Assembly: GCA_012960035.1 (NCBI GenBank)
Contig: DUBZ01000062.1
Span: 24,407-88,406 of the forward strand
Origin: Myxococcales bacterium
GTDB taxonomy: Bacteria; Myxococcota_A; UBA9160; UBA4427
DNA: 64,000 nucleotides
Direction: 5' to 3'
The position numbers were made by a program, and so were the translations under genes. Position 1 is the stretch's first letter; each line of letters starts with the position of its first letter. The notes beneath the pieces were generated by a model, which saw nothing but the letters and a program-made list of their open reading frames with translations, searched no databases and was not told where the DNA came from. Of this stretch, positions 42,259 through 51,818 are shown in pieces.

Positions 42259-43851
42259 GTGGCCAATCAAAGAGCAAGTGTGCTGGTTGTGAACGACGAA
42301 CGCTTTCTGCGCGAAGCCGTTAGAGACGCGCTTTCAGAGAACGGGTTCAACTGCACGAGTTGTGAGCGCGGCGAGACGGCGATGACACTCGCGGCGGCAC
42401 AGTCGTTCGCTGTGGCGATCGTCGACCTGCGCTTGCCCGAGATGAGCGGTGTTGAACTTCTCAAAGCGTTGCACTTCGCCCAGCCCGACATGCAGGTCAT
42501 TGTGCTCTCGTCCGCGCAGGATCAAGAACTCGTCCTCGACGCTTTGCGGAGCGGAGCCGTTGAATACTTGGGCAAACCGCTTCACGATGAGGAGTTGATC
42601 CTCGCCGTACAACGGGCGGTCGCGGTAAACGGTCTTTCGCTCGGCGAACGTCGCCTGGGCGTCCGACTCGATGATCTTGCGGCGCGGATCGAGGGCTACG
42701 CCCGGGTCGTGAACGGTGCGAGCGCAGAAGAGCGGCATCATGTGATCTGTGACGAAGCCGCGCTCTTGGTGGCCCATGCTCTCGGCGCCCAGAAGTCATC
42801 GCTGCTTCTGCTCGATCGCGACGGCGGCAATCTTGAAGTTGTGGCGCTCGTGGGGAGCGAACTCGAACGGGAGCAAATCGATCCGATCAAAATCGGGCGC
42901 GGCATTGCGGGGCGTGCGTTTGAAGACGCAATCCCCATGGTGGTCTCGGATGTTCGCACGGAGAGTCACTTTGCTGCGGATCTGGCTCCAGACCGATACG
43001 CCACGAATTCCTTCGTCATTGCGCCGGTCGCGTTGCCAACCCGCCAGTTCGGCCTGCTTTGCGCAACGGATCGCAGCGACGGCGGCGAGTTCGATCTCGA
43101 AGATCTGGCGGTACTGCGGGCGCTCGCGATCCAGGTCGCGGAACGGTTAGACCGGGAAGCCGACGTGCGCGTCGAGTTCGCGCCGGTGTTGGACCCATCG
43201 ACTCATGATTCCACCGCATTATTCGCGGATAATTCGCTCCTCGATCTTGCAGTCGATGAGCCTGACGCCCTGCTACTCGGCGGGGACACAAGTGAGCGCG
43301 ACGCCGAAATCGCGCGGGCCATTTGCGACGTGATATCGAACGAGGTTGACCCCGTCAATCTGATCCCGAAAGTGCTTCACGCGATCGAACTCGCTCTCGA
43401 TGCCGACCCCGTTTCCCTCTACTTGATCAACGCGCAGACAGGGGAGCTAGTCCTCGAAGGGACTGGGACACGCGGTCTGCGAGTCGACCGAGACGTAATA
43501 CCGGTGGGACGCGGGCTCATGGAAGGTGTGCTCGTGCGCGGGCAACTTGTCGCGGTGTCAGACCCAGAACAAGACCCGCGTTACGATGCTTCCGTTGATG
43601 CTCCAGTAGACGAGAAGCCGGGGGCATTGCTGGCGGTTCCGCTCAAGCTTCGAGGCAAGTCGGTCGGCCTGTGCCGGCTCCACCTCGCGCAGGGCTCGGT
43701 GATTTCCGCGGGTACGGGCGAAATGCTGGCTGCAGTACTGTCTGCGGCGGTTCGCAACGTGCTTCTGTACCGTAGTTTGCTCGAAAGCATCGAAGAAGTT
43801 GCCCAAGTACGTCGTGAGGCGAAAGCCGAAACCCAGAGTATCCGCCCCTGA
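42259..43851 (+). CDS. Response regulator receiver + two GAF domains, no recognisable output domain
   Basis: REC domain (VLVVNDERFLRE..VAIVDLRLPEMSGVELL..VEYLGKP) followed by two GAF-like blocks (..SSLLLLDRDGGNLEVVA.. and ..VSLYLINAQTGELVLEG..). Confidence 0.85.
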   Translation: MANQRASVLVVNDERFLREAVRDALSENGFNCTSCERGETAMTLAAAQSFAVAIVDLRLPEMSGVELLKALHFAQPDMQVIVLSSAQDQELVLDALRSGAVEYLGKPLHDEELILAVQRAVAVNGLSLGERRLGVRLDDLAARIEGYARVVNGASAEERHHVICDEAALLVAHALGAQKSSLLLLDRDGGNLEVVALVGSELEREQIDPIKIGRGIAGRAFEDAIPMVVSDVRTESHFAADLAPDRYATNSFVIAPVALPTRQFGLLCATDRSDGGEFDLEDLAVLRALAIQVAERLDREADVRVEFAPVLDPSTHDSTALFADNSLLDLAVDEPDALLLGGDTSERDAEIARAICDVISNEVDPVNLIPKVLHAIELALDADPVSLYLINAQTGELVLEGTGTRGLRVDRDVIPVGRGLMEGVLVRGQLVAVSDPEQDPRYDASVDAPVDEKPGALLAVPLKLRGKSVGLCRLHLAQGSVISAGTGEMLAAVLSAAVRNVLLYRSLLESIEEVAQVRREAKAETQSIRP

Positions 43852-44026
43852 GACGCGCGTCATGATCCTGGCTCATCGTGATACGAGCCAAACCTGAACT
43901 GAATAGGACCCCCGCCGAAAAAGCGTAGTGAGGTGTGGAACCGTATGACGGCCGCCGTCGCGCGTACCGAAGCCATGCTTGTCGTTTTCGCAGGTCGATT
44001 CATCGCAATCCGTAGGAAATCCAAAG

Positions 44027-44881
44027 ATGGAAGAGCTCGTCGACAAAGCGAAGGTCTTGATCGAAGCGTTGCCTTATATGCAACGTTTCGTGGGCAAGAC
44101 CATCGTTATCAAATACGGCGGTCACGCCATGAAGGATCTCGCGCTTCGACGTTCCTTCGCGACCGACGTCGTGCTGCTCAAGCATATTGGCGTGCGCCCG
44201 GTCATCGTTCACGGCGGCGGGCCGCAGATCGCATCGACGCTCGATCGCCTCGGCAAAAAGAGTGAGTTCGTCGGAGGACTGCGGGTTACTGACGACGAGA
44301 CAATGGAAGTTGTTGAGATGGTGCTCGGGGGCACCGTCAATCGCGAAATCGTCGAACTGATTCAGCAAGCGGGAGCTTCTGCGGTGGGGCTCACCGGGAG
44401 TGACGGGGCATTACTGCGCGTTCGGGAAAAATTTATAGATGGAAAGAGCTTGGGCCGAGTAGGCGAAGTTGTGAGTGTCGATCCGTCGGTAATTGAAGCC
44501 GTTGCAGAGTCCGGCTTTGTGCCCGTCGTTGCGCCCATCGGGGCGGACAACGATGGGCTTACCTACAACGTCAACGCGGACGAAGCCGCGGGAGCGATTG
44601 CTGGGAAGCTACGCGCCGAAAAGCTGATTCTCCTGACTGACGTGGACGGTGTGCTCGACCCGCAAGGGGAGCGTCTGAGCACGTTGTCCGTCGAAGAGGT
44701 GCGCAAGCGAATCGACGAGGGGACGATCAGGGGCGGCATGATTCCGAAGGTTCGTTGTTGCATGGACGCGTTGACCCGTGGTGTGTCGCGAACGCATATT
44801 GTGGATGGCCGCGTCCTCCACGCGGTGCTGCTCGAAATTTTTACCGATGACGCAGGGGTCGGCACACTCCTCGTGCCTTGA
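44027..44881 (+). CDS. argB: Acetylglutamate kinase
   Basis: [25 protein letters not shown]....[26 protein letters not shown]. The ATG at 44027 is used. Confidence 0.93.
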   Translation: MEELVDKAKVLIEALPYMQRFVGKTIVIKYGGHAMKDLALRRSFATDVVLLKHIGVRPVIVHGGGPQIASTLDRLGKKSEFVGGLRVTDDETMEVVEMVLGGTVNREIVELIQQAGASAVGLTGSDGALLRVREKFIDGKSLGRVGEVVSVDPSVIEAVAESGFVPVVAPIGADNDGLTYNVNADEAAGAIAGKLRAEKLILLTDVDGVLDPQGERLSTLSVEEVRKRIDEGTIRGGMIPKVRCCMDALTRGVSRTHIVDGRVLHAVLLEIFTDDAGVGTLLVP

Positions 44882-44923
44882 TGCGCATCGCATAATTCAT
44901 GACTAGTGACGACGGAGAGAACC

Positions 44924-45859
44924 ATGGCGGAACACAACGCAAGAAAACTTCGGGGCTTCATTTCGGTAGCGGACTACCGGGCCGACGAGCTGCTCGACCT
45001 GCTCGACCGGGCTACGCACCTGAAACGCCTTCATCACATGGGCGAAAGCCGCCAATCTCTTCGCGGGAAAACTCTGGCGATGTATTTCGAAAAACCGTCG
45101 CTGCGCACCCACGTCACGTTCGAAGCGGGGATCAGTCAGCTCGGCGGCCATGCGATCTTGTTGCGACCGGAACAAGTCGGGATCGGTACCCGTGAAACAC
45201 CGCAAGACGTAGCGCGCGCTTTGTCGCGATGGGTCCATTGCATCATGGCTCGGACTTTTAGTCACAGCCTTGTCGAACAGCTTGCCTGGGAGGCGGACAT
45301 TCCGGTCATCAATGGCTTGACGGACTTTCTGCACCCGTGCCAAGCCATGGCGGACCTGCTTACGATCCGGGAGAAGATGGATCCACAGCAGTCGACCCTC
45401 GCGTACGTCGGCGACGGCAACAACGTGGCGCATTCGCTCGTGCTGCTCGCTGCGGTGCTGGGCTTTCGCATGCAACTCGCGACGCCGTCTACGCACGCAA
45501 TTTTGCCGAGAATTCGGCAGCAGGCAGATGAGTTGGCCAAGACGAGCGGTGCTGTGATCACTTGGTCTGAAGATCCGCGTGATGCCGTCAAAGGTGCGAA
45601 TTTCGTCTATACAGATACGTGGACCAGCATGGGCCAGGAAGACGAGTCGGTTCTTCGCCGGAAAATTTTCGCACCCTATCAAGTCAACTCAGCGCTTCTC
45701 GAAAATTGTCCTGAGGCTTGGGTCATGCACTGCATGCCGGCGCACCGCGGCGAAGAAATCACCGACGAAGTGGTCGATGGGCCACGAAGTCTGGTCTACG
45801 ACCAGGCCGAGAATCGGCTGCACGCGCAAAAGGCCATTCTCGAACACCTGATGGACTAG
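44924..45859 (+). CDS. argF: Ornithine carbamoyltransferase
   Basis: LRGKTLAMYFEKPSLRTHVTFE, VINGLTDFLHPCQAMADLLT, YVGDGNNVAHSL, HCMPAHRGEE. The TAG stop lies inside the left terminus of the downstream repeat element. Confidence 0.92.
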   Translation: MAEHNARKLRGFISVADYRADELLDLLDRATHLKRLHHMGESRQSLRGKTLAMYFEKPSLRTHVTFEAGISQLGGHAILLRPEQVGIGTRETPQDVARALSRWVHCIMARTFSHSLVEQLAWEADIPVINGLTDFLHPCQAMADLLTIREKMDPQQSTLAYVGDGNNVAHSLVLLAAVLGFRMQLATPSTHAILPRIRQQADELAKTSGAVITWSEDPRDAVKGANFVYTDTWTSMGQEDESVLRRKIFAPYQVNSALLENCPEAWVMHCMPAHRGEEITDEVVDGPRSLVYDQAENRLHAQKAILEHLMD

Positions 45860-46020
45860 GAGTCTGCGCGCCAGAAGGCACAGGCGCCCAAACGCGGATC
45901 CAATATCGCTGCCTGCGTTGCGAAAGCTAGCTGTAGCCAGCGAGAGCGGCGGTCTCGCGCCTTGCCATCGACATTGTCTCCACATCGGGTCACGCACACC
46001 TTCTGGCGCGCAGACTCCTA
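45857..46020. mobile_element. MITE-like non-autonomous element, ~160 bp, perfect 22-nt terminal inverted repeats, flanked by CTAG/TA
   Basis: 45857-45878 TAGGAGTCTGCGCGCCAGAAGG is the exact reverse complement of 45999-46020. CTAG is present at both junctions. There is no ORF inside. A related copy lies at 63574-63688. Confidence 0.6.
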
Positions 46021-46271
46021 GCGCGCCCGGTTCAACGACCGATGTATTTCCCCTAGGGCGAAGCTTCCGAGCCGATCCGCGGCCTTGATCCCGGGGCGGC
46101 AGCGCTGCCGGAAAACTGCAGTCGCATTGCATTCGTTCGGGGCCCGCCGCGCGCCGCGTATTTCCCCACGCCCGGTACCGCACATCACCGGTTTGCTCAT
46201 CTTTTGCATTCGGCACGCCGATGAATGGGCCGTGGACTGGGCGACTGTTCGGACATTCGGGAGATGGTTGG

Positions 46272-47567
46272 ATGCTCGATAGTGAGGTGTCGGAAGAAGA
46301 TTTGCTGCGGGTACCAAGGCTCGCATCGGATTGCGATCCGGTATCGCTCGAACTCTCGCCCGCGGAAGGGTTTTTGCTCTCGAGAATAGATGGTCAGACT
46401 TCGTGGAAGCTCTTACGGGAGATCGGCGCGCAAACGCCGAGCGAAGTGGACCAGTGTATCGAAGAGTGGCTGATGCTAGGCGTCATCGACATTGACGGCC
46501 GACCGCCGTGGGTAAAGCGCAGAGAGGGCGCGATCCCCGAAACCGCGAAGCCGAAGACGGCGATGGCTCTGGAGACGATCGACGAAAGTCTGATTGATTC
46601 AAGTCTGGACATGAAAGAAGAGATTCAGCGAGAGATGCTCGAATTTGAATTGCGCTTGGAAGAAAACTGCTTCGATCTCTTTGGCGTGAATACGTCGGCG
46701 AGTGCGGCAGAGATTAAGCGCGCGTACTTCAAACTCTCGAAACGTTTTCATCCCGATCGCTATTTCCGAAAGAACATTGGTCCCTATGGTGACCGACTCC
46801 ACCGAATCTTTAAGCGCGTTTCCGAGGCGTACAAACTGTTAAGTGATCCCGCGAGTCGCAAGGAAATTGAAAACAGCGTATTGCGCGAGGTTCGAACGGG
46901 AACACAGAGCCAGACAGCGACGCCATCGTCCCAAAGAAATTCTGAGCCGAAGGCACCCCTGACGCCCATCGAACGGCTTCGCCAGCGCATGCCATTTCGC
47001 GTGCCGGAGGAAGTTCGCGATCGAAAGTCGGCAAAAGGCAATGAATTTTTTTGCGCAGCACAGCTCTCGACCAAGACGGGACGACACGCGGAAGCGGCCG
47101 CGAATATGCGGCTCGCAGTGGCTTTTGATCCCTTCAACCGAGAGTACAAGCGCGTACTCAGTGGAATGCAGTCGGAGATCGCGTCAGAAAACATCGAAAC
47201 CATGCTGCAGGCGGGGATGGAGAAGCTAAGTGCCAGCGAAATTAGTGACACAAAGAGGCAGACGGACGAACTGCTCCTCTACCGACCCAACGATGCCGAC
47301 GCACTGAACCTTGCCGCCCGGGTTTATGTTGAACTTGAAGACGCAGAGCGCGCGCACGAATACTGCGCACGCACCCTCGAACTCGAATCCGACAACGCCG
47401 TGTATCACGTCACGATGGCGATGGTGCATAAGGTTAGAGGCAACAAAGGTCATGCGGTCGCCGAACTCAACCAGGCGCTCGCACTGAATTCAAGAAATCA
47501 AGAAGCTCACGAGATGTTAGAAGCTCTGAAAATCAAGCCGCGTCGATCTTCGGCGAACGGAGGGTGA
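46272..47567 (+). CDS. J-domain (DnaJ-like) protein with a C-terminal TPR region
   Basis: J domain with HPD ([30 protein letters not shown]...[15 protein letters not shown]), an N-terminal [17 protein letters not shown] motif, and C-terminal TPR-like helices. The ATG at 46272 follows GGGAGA; the longest ORF starts at 46221. Confidence 0.85.
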   Translation: MLDSEVSEEDLLRVPRLASDCDPVSLELSPAEGFLLSRIDGQTSWKLLREIGAQTPSEVDQCIEEWLMLGVIDIDGRPPWVKRREGAIPETAKPKTAMALETIDESLIDSSLDMKEEIQREMLEFELRLEENCFDLFGVNTSASAAEIKRAYFKLSKRFHPDRYFRKNIGPYGDRLHRIFKRVSEAYKLLSDPASRKEIENSVLREVRTGTQSQTATPSSQRNSEPKAPLTPIERLRQRMPFRVPEEVRDRKSAKGNEFFCAAQLSTKTGRHAEAAANMRLAVAFDPFNREYKRVLSGMQSEIASENIETMLQAGMEKLSASEISDTKRQTDELLLYRPNDADALNLAARVYVELEDAERAHEYCARTLELESDNAVYHVTMAMVHKVRGNKGHAVAELNQALALNSRNQEAHEMLEALKIKPRRSSANGG

Positions 47568-47568
47568 A

Positions 47569-49140
47569 ATGGGTCGTGTAATTGGGATCGATCTCGGGAC
47601 TACGAATTCGTGTGTCGCCGTCGTAGACAACGGTCAGGCGGCAGTCGTGCCGAATACCGGTGGCTACAAGACGACGCCGTCAATCTTTGCGATCTCGCAG
47701 GATGGCAAGCGCTTGGTGGGGCACCTCGCCAAGCGGCAGGCGATCACCAACTCGAAGGACACGGTGTACGCGGCGAAGCGCCTGATCGGCCGCCGCTCTG
47801 ATTCTGCTGAAGTGCAGCGATCGATTGATCTATGTCCATACGACATTGTCCGTGGACCGAACGACGATCCTCGCATCAAAATCGGGAGCAAAACATTCAC
47901 GTGCCCCGAAATTTCGGGGATTATCCTGCGAGAGATGAAGCGGGTCGCGGAGGAATACCTCGGCGAGCCCGTGCAGGAAGCGGTGATCACCGTGCCGGCA
48001 TACTTCAACGACACCCAGCGTCAGAGCACGAAGGACGCGGGCAAGATCGCTGGCCTTGAAGTGCTGCGCATCATCAACGAACCCACGGCAGCGGCGCTCG
48101 CTTACGGCATGGGACGACAGGCCGATGAGAAAATCGCGGTCTATGACCTTGGCGGCGGCACCTTCGATATTTCGATCCTCGAAATGTCGGACGGCGTTGT
48201 GGAAGTGCTCGCCACGGCGGGCAATACCTTCTTGGGTGGTGAAGACTTCGACCGACGCGTCGTGTCGCATCTGGTGGAGTGGTTCGAGGCGAACGAAGGC
48301 ATTGATCTGCGCGTGGATACGATGGCGCTTCAGCGCCTCAAGGACGCGGCAGAGAAGGCCAAGTGCGACTTGTCGATTCGCGAGTGCACGGAGATCAACC
48401 TGCCGTTCATTGCGAGCGACGCCCAGGGACCGCGGCATCTCAACTACGAACTCAACCGCGAAACGCTCGAAGGCTTGGTTGACGACATCATCAGTGGAAC
48501 GCTCAAGAGCGTTGAACAATGCGTGCAAGACGCTGGGCTCGGCATAACCGATATCGATCAGATCGTGTTGGTCGGTGGCCAGACCCGGATGCCGCTCGTG
48601 CAAAACGCGGTGGCGGAATTCTTTGGGAAGCGACCTCATAAGGGCGTGAACCCGGACGAAGTGGTTGCGCTCGGTGCAGCGATTCAGGGTTCGTCGCTTA
48701 CAGAGGACGAAGATAATGTTTTGCTGCTCGACGTCACGCCGCTCTCGCTTGGCATCGGAACGTTTGGTGGACACTTCGCTCGCTTGATCGAACGCAACAC
48801 CACGGTGCCTGTGTCGAAGGCACACATCTTTACGACGACCCGTGATGATCAGTCGGCGGTCAAGATTCGCGTGCTGCAAGGTGAGAGTGACATGGCGCTC
48901 GAAAACGACCTGCTTGGTGAGTTCGTCCTTTCCGGCGTTCGCCCCGCACCCAAGGGTGAGCCCGAGATCGAAGTCAGCTTCGACATCGACGCTAACGGCA
49001 TCGTGAGTGCATCCGCGCGAGACATGGCGACGGGCAAGGAACAGTCGATCACCGTTAATGCGACCGGCACGCTCTCGGACGAAGAGATTAGTCAGATTAT
49101 CGAAGAGAACGAACTCTACGAGGTCGAGCTAAAGGGATAG
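47569..49140 (+). CDS. Hsp70 family chaperone, short form lacking the C-terminal helical lid
   Basis: [37 protein letters not shown], and the linker [12 protein letters not shown]. The protein ends at 523 aa just after the beta-sandwich (..[22 protein letters not shown]..). The start lies 1 nt after the J-protein stop. Confidence 0.92.
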   Translation: MGRVIGIDLGTTNSCVAVVDNGQAAVVPNTGGYKTTPSIFAISQDGKRLVGHLAKRQAITNSKDTVYAAKRLIGRRSDSAEVQRSIDLCPYDIVRGPNDDPRIKIGSKTFTCPEISGIILREMKRVAEEYLGEPVQEAVITVPAYFNDTQRQSTKDAGKIAGLEVLRIINEPTAAALAYGMGRQADEKIAVYDLGGGTFDISILEMSDGVVEVLATAGNTFLGGEDFDRRVVSHLVEWFEANEGIDLRVDTMALQRLKDAAEKAKCDLSIRECTEINLPFIASDAQGPRHLNYELNRETLEGLVDDIISGTLKSVEQCVQDAGLGITDIDQIVLVGGQTRMPLVQNAVAEFFGKRPHKGVNPDEVVALGAAIQGSSLTEDEDNVLLLDVTPLSLGIGTFGGHFARLIERNTTVPVSKAHIFTTTRDDQSAVKIRVLQGESDMALENDLLGEFVLSGVRPAPKGEPEIEVSFDIDANGIVSASARDMATGKEQSITVNATGTLSDEEISQIIEENELYEVELKG

Positions 49141-49150
49141 CGCCGAACCT

Positions 49151-49437
49151 ATGGCTGACGACGAAAATATGAACTTGGCTGAGGTCGGTGATCTGCTGAA
49201 GAAGGGCCTCGATCTCTAGGGAGAAGGCGAGGTCTTGACCGCGATCAAGATCTGGCGCGAGGTACTGCTACTCGATCCGGGCAACATCGACGCGATCGAC
49301 CGCGGGCTTCTTTCTTTCACTCGTTGACGGATCGACCGACCTCGAAAACATTCTCGCCGTGTCGGGTATGGGCGGCTTCGATGCCTTGCGTACGACGAAG
49401 CACTTCAACGATCTCCGGATCGTGAGGATGCAAGCGT
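49151..49437 (+). pseudogene. Decayed small ORF (TPR-like N-terminus plus an 'LVDG..LENIL..GMGGFDALR' motif) with an in-frame TAG and a frameshift
   Basis: Frame 2 reads MADDENMNLAEVGDLLKKGLDL*GEGEVLTAIKIWREVLLLDPGNIDAID... Frame 0 continues ..FFLSLVDGSTDLENILAVSGMGGFDALRTTKHFNDLRIVRMQA*. The second motif resembles the N-terminus of the upstream J protein. Confidence 0.4.
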
Positions 49438-49889
49438 GAGCGACGTCCAAGGACGATCGCTACCGGGACAGGGTTGAACGGGGTCCCGCCGCACTCGGCT
49501 GCGCGCTCAAGTGGAGTGACGAACTTCATTGTCTTCTGAGTGGCGCTTCGAGAAAATCAACTTCCGAGCAGGCAGAGTTCCAGGCTGCCGCCCCGGCATT
49601 TTGATGACCGTGGTGGATGCCGGCGTCACTGATCCTGCGGCATCGGAACCGGAGGGCGACGACGAAACGTCGAGTTTGATGCCCGGTGAGCACCAGCGGA
49701 TGGTTGCCGAAATTGTTTCTGGCTTTGGCGGCGCAATCGTGACGGTCACCGCCGCGGAAACCGGCCGCGCAACCTCGATCTGGCAGCCTCTCGCCGAGAG
49801 CTGATTCGCAGTGGGTGAGTTCGCCTGGGTGCTGAAATCGTTCGGCGAGCATGTACACTCCGGCCTCCCGAAAACGGAGGGTCGGCCGA

Positions 49890-51101
49890 GTGTCCCCGTC
49901 AAAACCAGGTAAGAGTGTCAATAGAGTTTGTCTCGCGTATAGCGGAGGTCTCGATACCTCCGTGATTTTGCGCTGGCTGATCGAAGAATATAAGTGCGAA
50001 GTCGTCGCCTATTGCGCGGACGTCGGACAGGAAGAAGAGCTTTCGGGGCTTCCCGAAAAAGCGATGGCGAGCGGTGCGGTCGATTGCGTGATCAAAGATC
50101 TGCGCGAAGAGTTCGTCTCCGACTATGTCTATGAAGCCGTTCGCGGCAACGCGATTTATGAAGGTGTCTACCTCCTGGGCACCGCGCTTGCGCGCCCCCT
50201 GATCGCGAAGCATCACATCGAAGTTGCGAAGGCAACTGGTTGTGACGCCGTTTCTCATGGCGCAACGGGCAAGGGCAATGATCAAGTTCGCTTCGAGCTG
50301 ACCTTCCGCGCACTCGCTCCGGAAATTCATAACATTGCCCCCTGGCGCGAGTGGGACCTGCGCTCGCGAACCGATTGCATCGCTTACGCGGAAAAGTTCG
50401 GAATCCCGGTCGGTGCCAGTGGCGAGAAACCGTTTTCCATGGACCGGAACATGATGCACATCTCCTTCGAAGGCGGGATCCTCGAAGACCCGTGGCGCGC
50501 CCCCGACGAAGACATGTTTGTGCTCACGACGTCTCCGGAAAAGGCGCCGAACGAAGGCGTCGAATTGATTCTCGGTTTTGAAGAAGGGCGCGCGATATCG
50601 ATCGACGGCGAAAGCATGTCACCGGCGACGCTGCTCACCAAGCTCAACACGATCGCAGGTGCTCACGGCGTGGGTCGAGTTGACTTGGTAGAAAACCGCT
50701 TTGTCGGTCTCAAGAGTCGGGGCGTATACGAAACGCCTGGGGGCACAGTGCTGCACGTCGCGCACCGGGCCATAGAGTCGATTACGCTCGATCGCGAGGT
50801 CATGCACGAGCGGGACAAGATGTCTCCGCGCTTTGCAGAGCTGATCTACAACGGGTTCTGGTTCGCGCCGGAGATGGACGTGATGCGCGCCACCATCGAT
50901 GCCACGCAGCGAACCGTGACCGGGGACGTGCGCCTGAAGCTGTACAAGGGGAACGTGACCGTTCTGGGTCGCCGCTCGCCGTACTCGCTTTACTCGGAGA
51001 AGCTCGTCACCTTCGAAGAAGACGACGGCGCATACGACCAGGCCGACGCAACCGGGTTTATCCACTTGCAGGGGCTAAGGCTCGGCGGGCCGGTCGACTA
51101 G
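49890..51101 (+). CDS. argG: Argininosuccinate synthase
   Basis: [18 protein letters not shown]...AYCADVGQ, and [17 protein letters not shown]. The GTG at 49890 lies 8 nt after GGAGGG; the longest ORF starts at 49851. Confidence 0.93.
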   Translation: MSPSKPGKSVNRVCLAYSGGLDTSVILRWLIEEYKCEVVAYCADVGQEEELSGLPEKAMASGAVDCVIKDLREEFVSDYVYEAVRGNAIYEGVYLLGTALARPLIAKHHIEVAKATGCDAVSHGATGKGNDQVRFELTFRALAPEIHNIAPWREWDLRSRTDCIAYAEKFGIPVGASGEKPFSMDRNMMHISFEGGILEDPWRAPDEDMFVLTTSPEKAPNEGVELILGFEEGRAISIDGESMSPATLLTKLNTIAGAHGVGRVDLVENRFVGLKSRGVYETPGGTVLHVAHRAIESITLDREVMHERDKMSPRFAELIYNGFWFAPEMDVMRATIDATQRTVTGDVRLKLYKGNVTVLGRRSPYSLYSEKLVTFEEDDGAYDQADATGFIHLQGLRLGGPVD

Positions 51102-51167
51102 TTCGATGCGCTCGGCGCGCGCCATGCTCAACGACTCAAGCGACGACTCAAGCAAGCAAGCACGCAA

Positions 51168-51818
51168 CTACTCGAGTCGGTAACTCAGCCCGAGTGACGT
51201 GGTGATGTAGCGCAAGCCTTTGAGCTGCCCGAAGGGAAGCATGTAGGTCGATTGCAGATTGATCGCCCAGCGCTCGCTGAAATAGTAGTCGAGGCCGCCG
51301 CCGACTCGCACGGCCGCGGATGCGCCGGTGTCGATGTCGAGGTCGCGGGTGACCATGATGCCCGCGCCACTAATGAGGTGCGGCTGGATGCGGCCTTCGT
51401 TCACTGACTTCAAGAGTGAATACAGTGGATAGGTCTTCATGTTTAAGGTGGTCGAATAAACCTTCAAATCGAAGCGCTTGCCGTCTTCGTCGTTGAACTG
51501 AAAGCCGTCACTGAACTCGAACTGCAGTTCGAGCCCGACGTACTCAAACGCGCGGCGGCCGAAGATGAGATTGAAGCCTTCGGCAGTCTTGACGTGACCG
51601 TCGACGCGATGAAATCCCTTGTCTGTGCTGGACTCGCCGATCTTGTTGGCGAAGTCCTCGGCGAGGTAACTGATGCCCCCCGCAAAGTAGGACCCACCTT
51701 CGATGTAGAAGAGTTCTTCTTCATCGTCCCAGTCATCCGCGATGACCGTTTTGGGCACGACAACCGCGAGCATTCCAACCGCGACGAAGCTCAGCAAACC
51801 CGAAATAACCCGTTTCAA
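51168..51818 (-). CDS. Outer-membrane beta-barrel domain protein (OmpA-N/OmpW-like small barrel)
   Basis: From a TTG at 51818 (GGGGA 7 nt upstream) the signal peptide reads KRVISGLLSFVAVGMLAVVVPKTVIA, followed by alternating beta-strand-like segments. The longest ORF reaches 51953, so the start is uncertain. Confidence 0.55.
   Translation of the reverse strand: MKRVISGLLSFVAVGMLAVVVPKTVIADDWDDEEELFYIEGGSYFAGGISYLAEDFANKIGESSTDKGFHRVDGHVKTAEGFNLIFGRRAFEYVGLELQFEFSDGFQFNDEDGKRFDLKVYSTTLNMKTYPLYSLLKSVNEGRIQPHLISGAGIMVTRDLDIDTGASAAVRVGGGLDYYFSERWAINLQSTYMLPFGQLKGLRYITTSLGLSYRLE

Noticed and set aside
46097-46110. 14-bp perfect palindrome CGGCAGCGCTGCCG, and a 10-bp direct repeat GTATTTCCCC (46044 and 46159), between the MITE-like element and the J-protein gene.
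   Set aside because: Both are short enough to occur by chance in GC-rich DNA, and nothing links them to a function. They are noted only as possible operator candidates.
49317-49529. 70-aa minus-strand ORF (MKFVTPLERAAECGGTPF...) between the Hsp70 gene and argG.
   Set aside because: It is antisense to the more interpretable decayed plus-strand reading, and it has no SD or family match.
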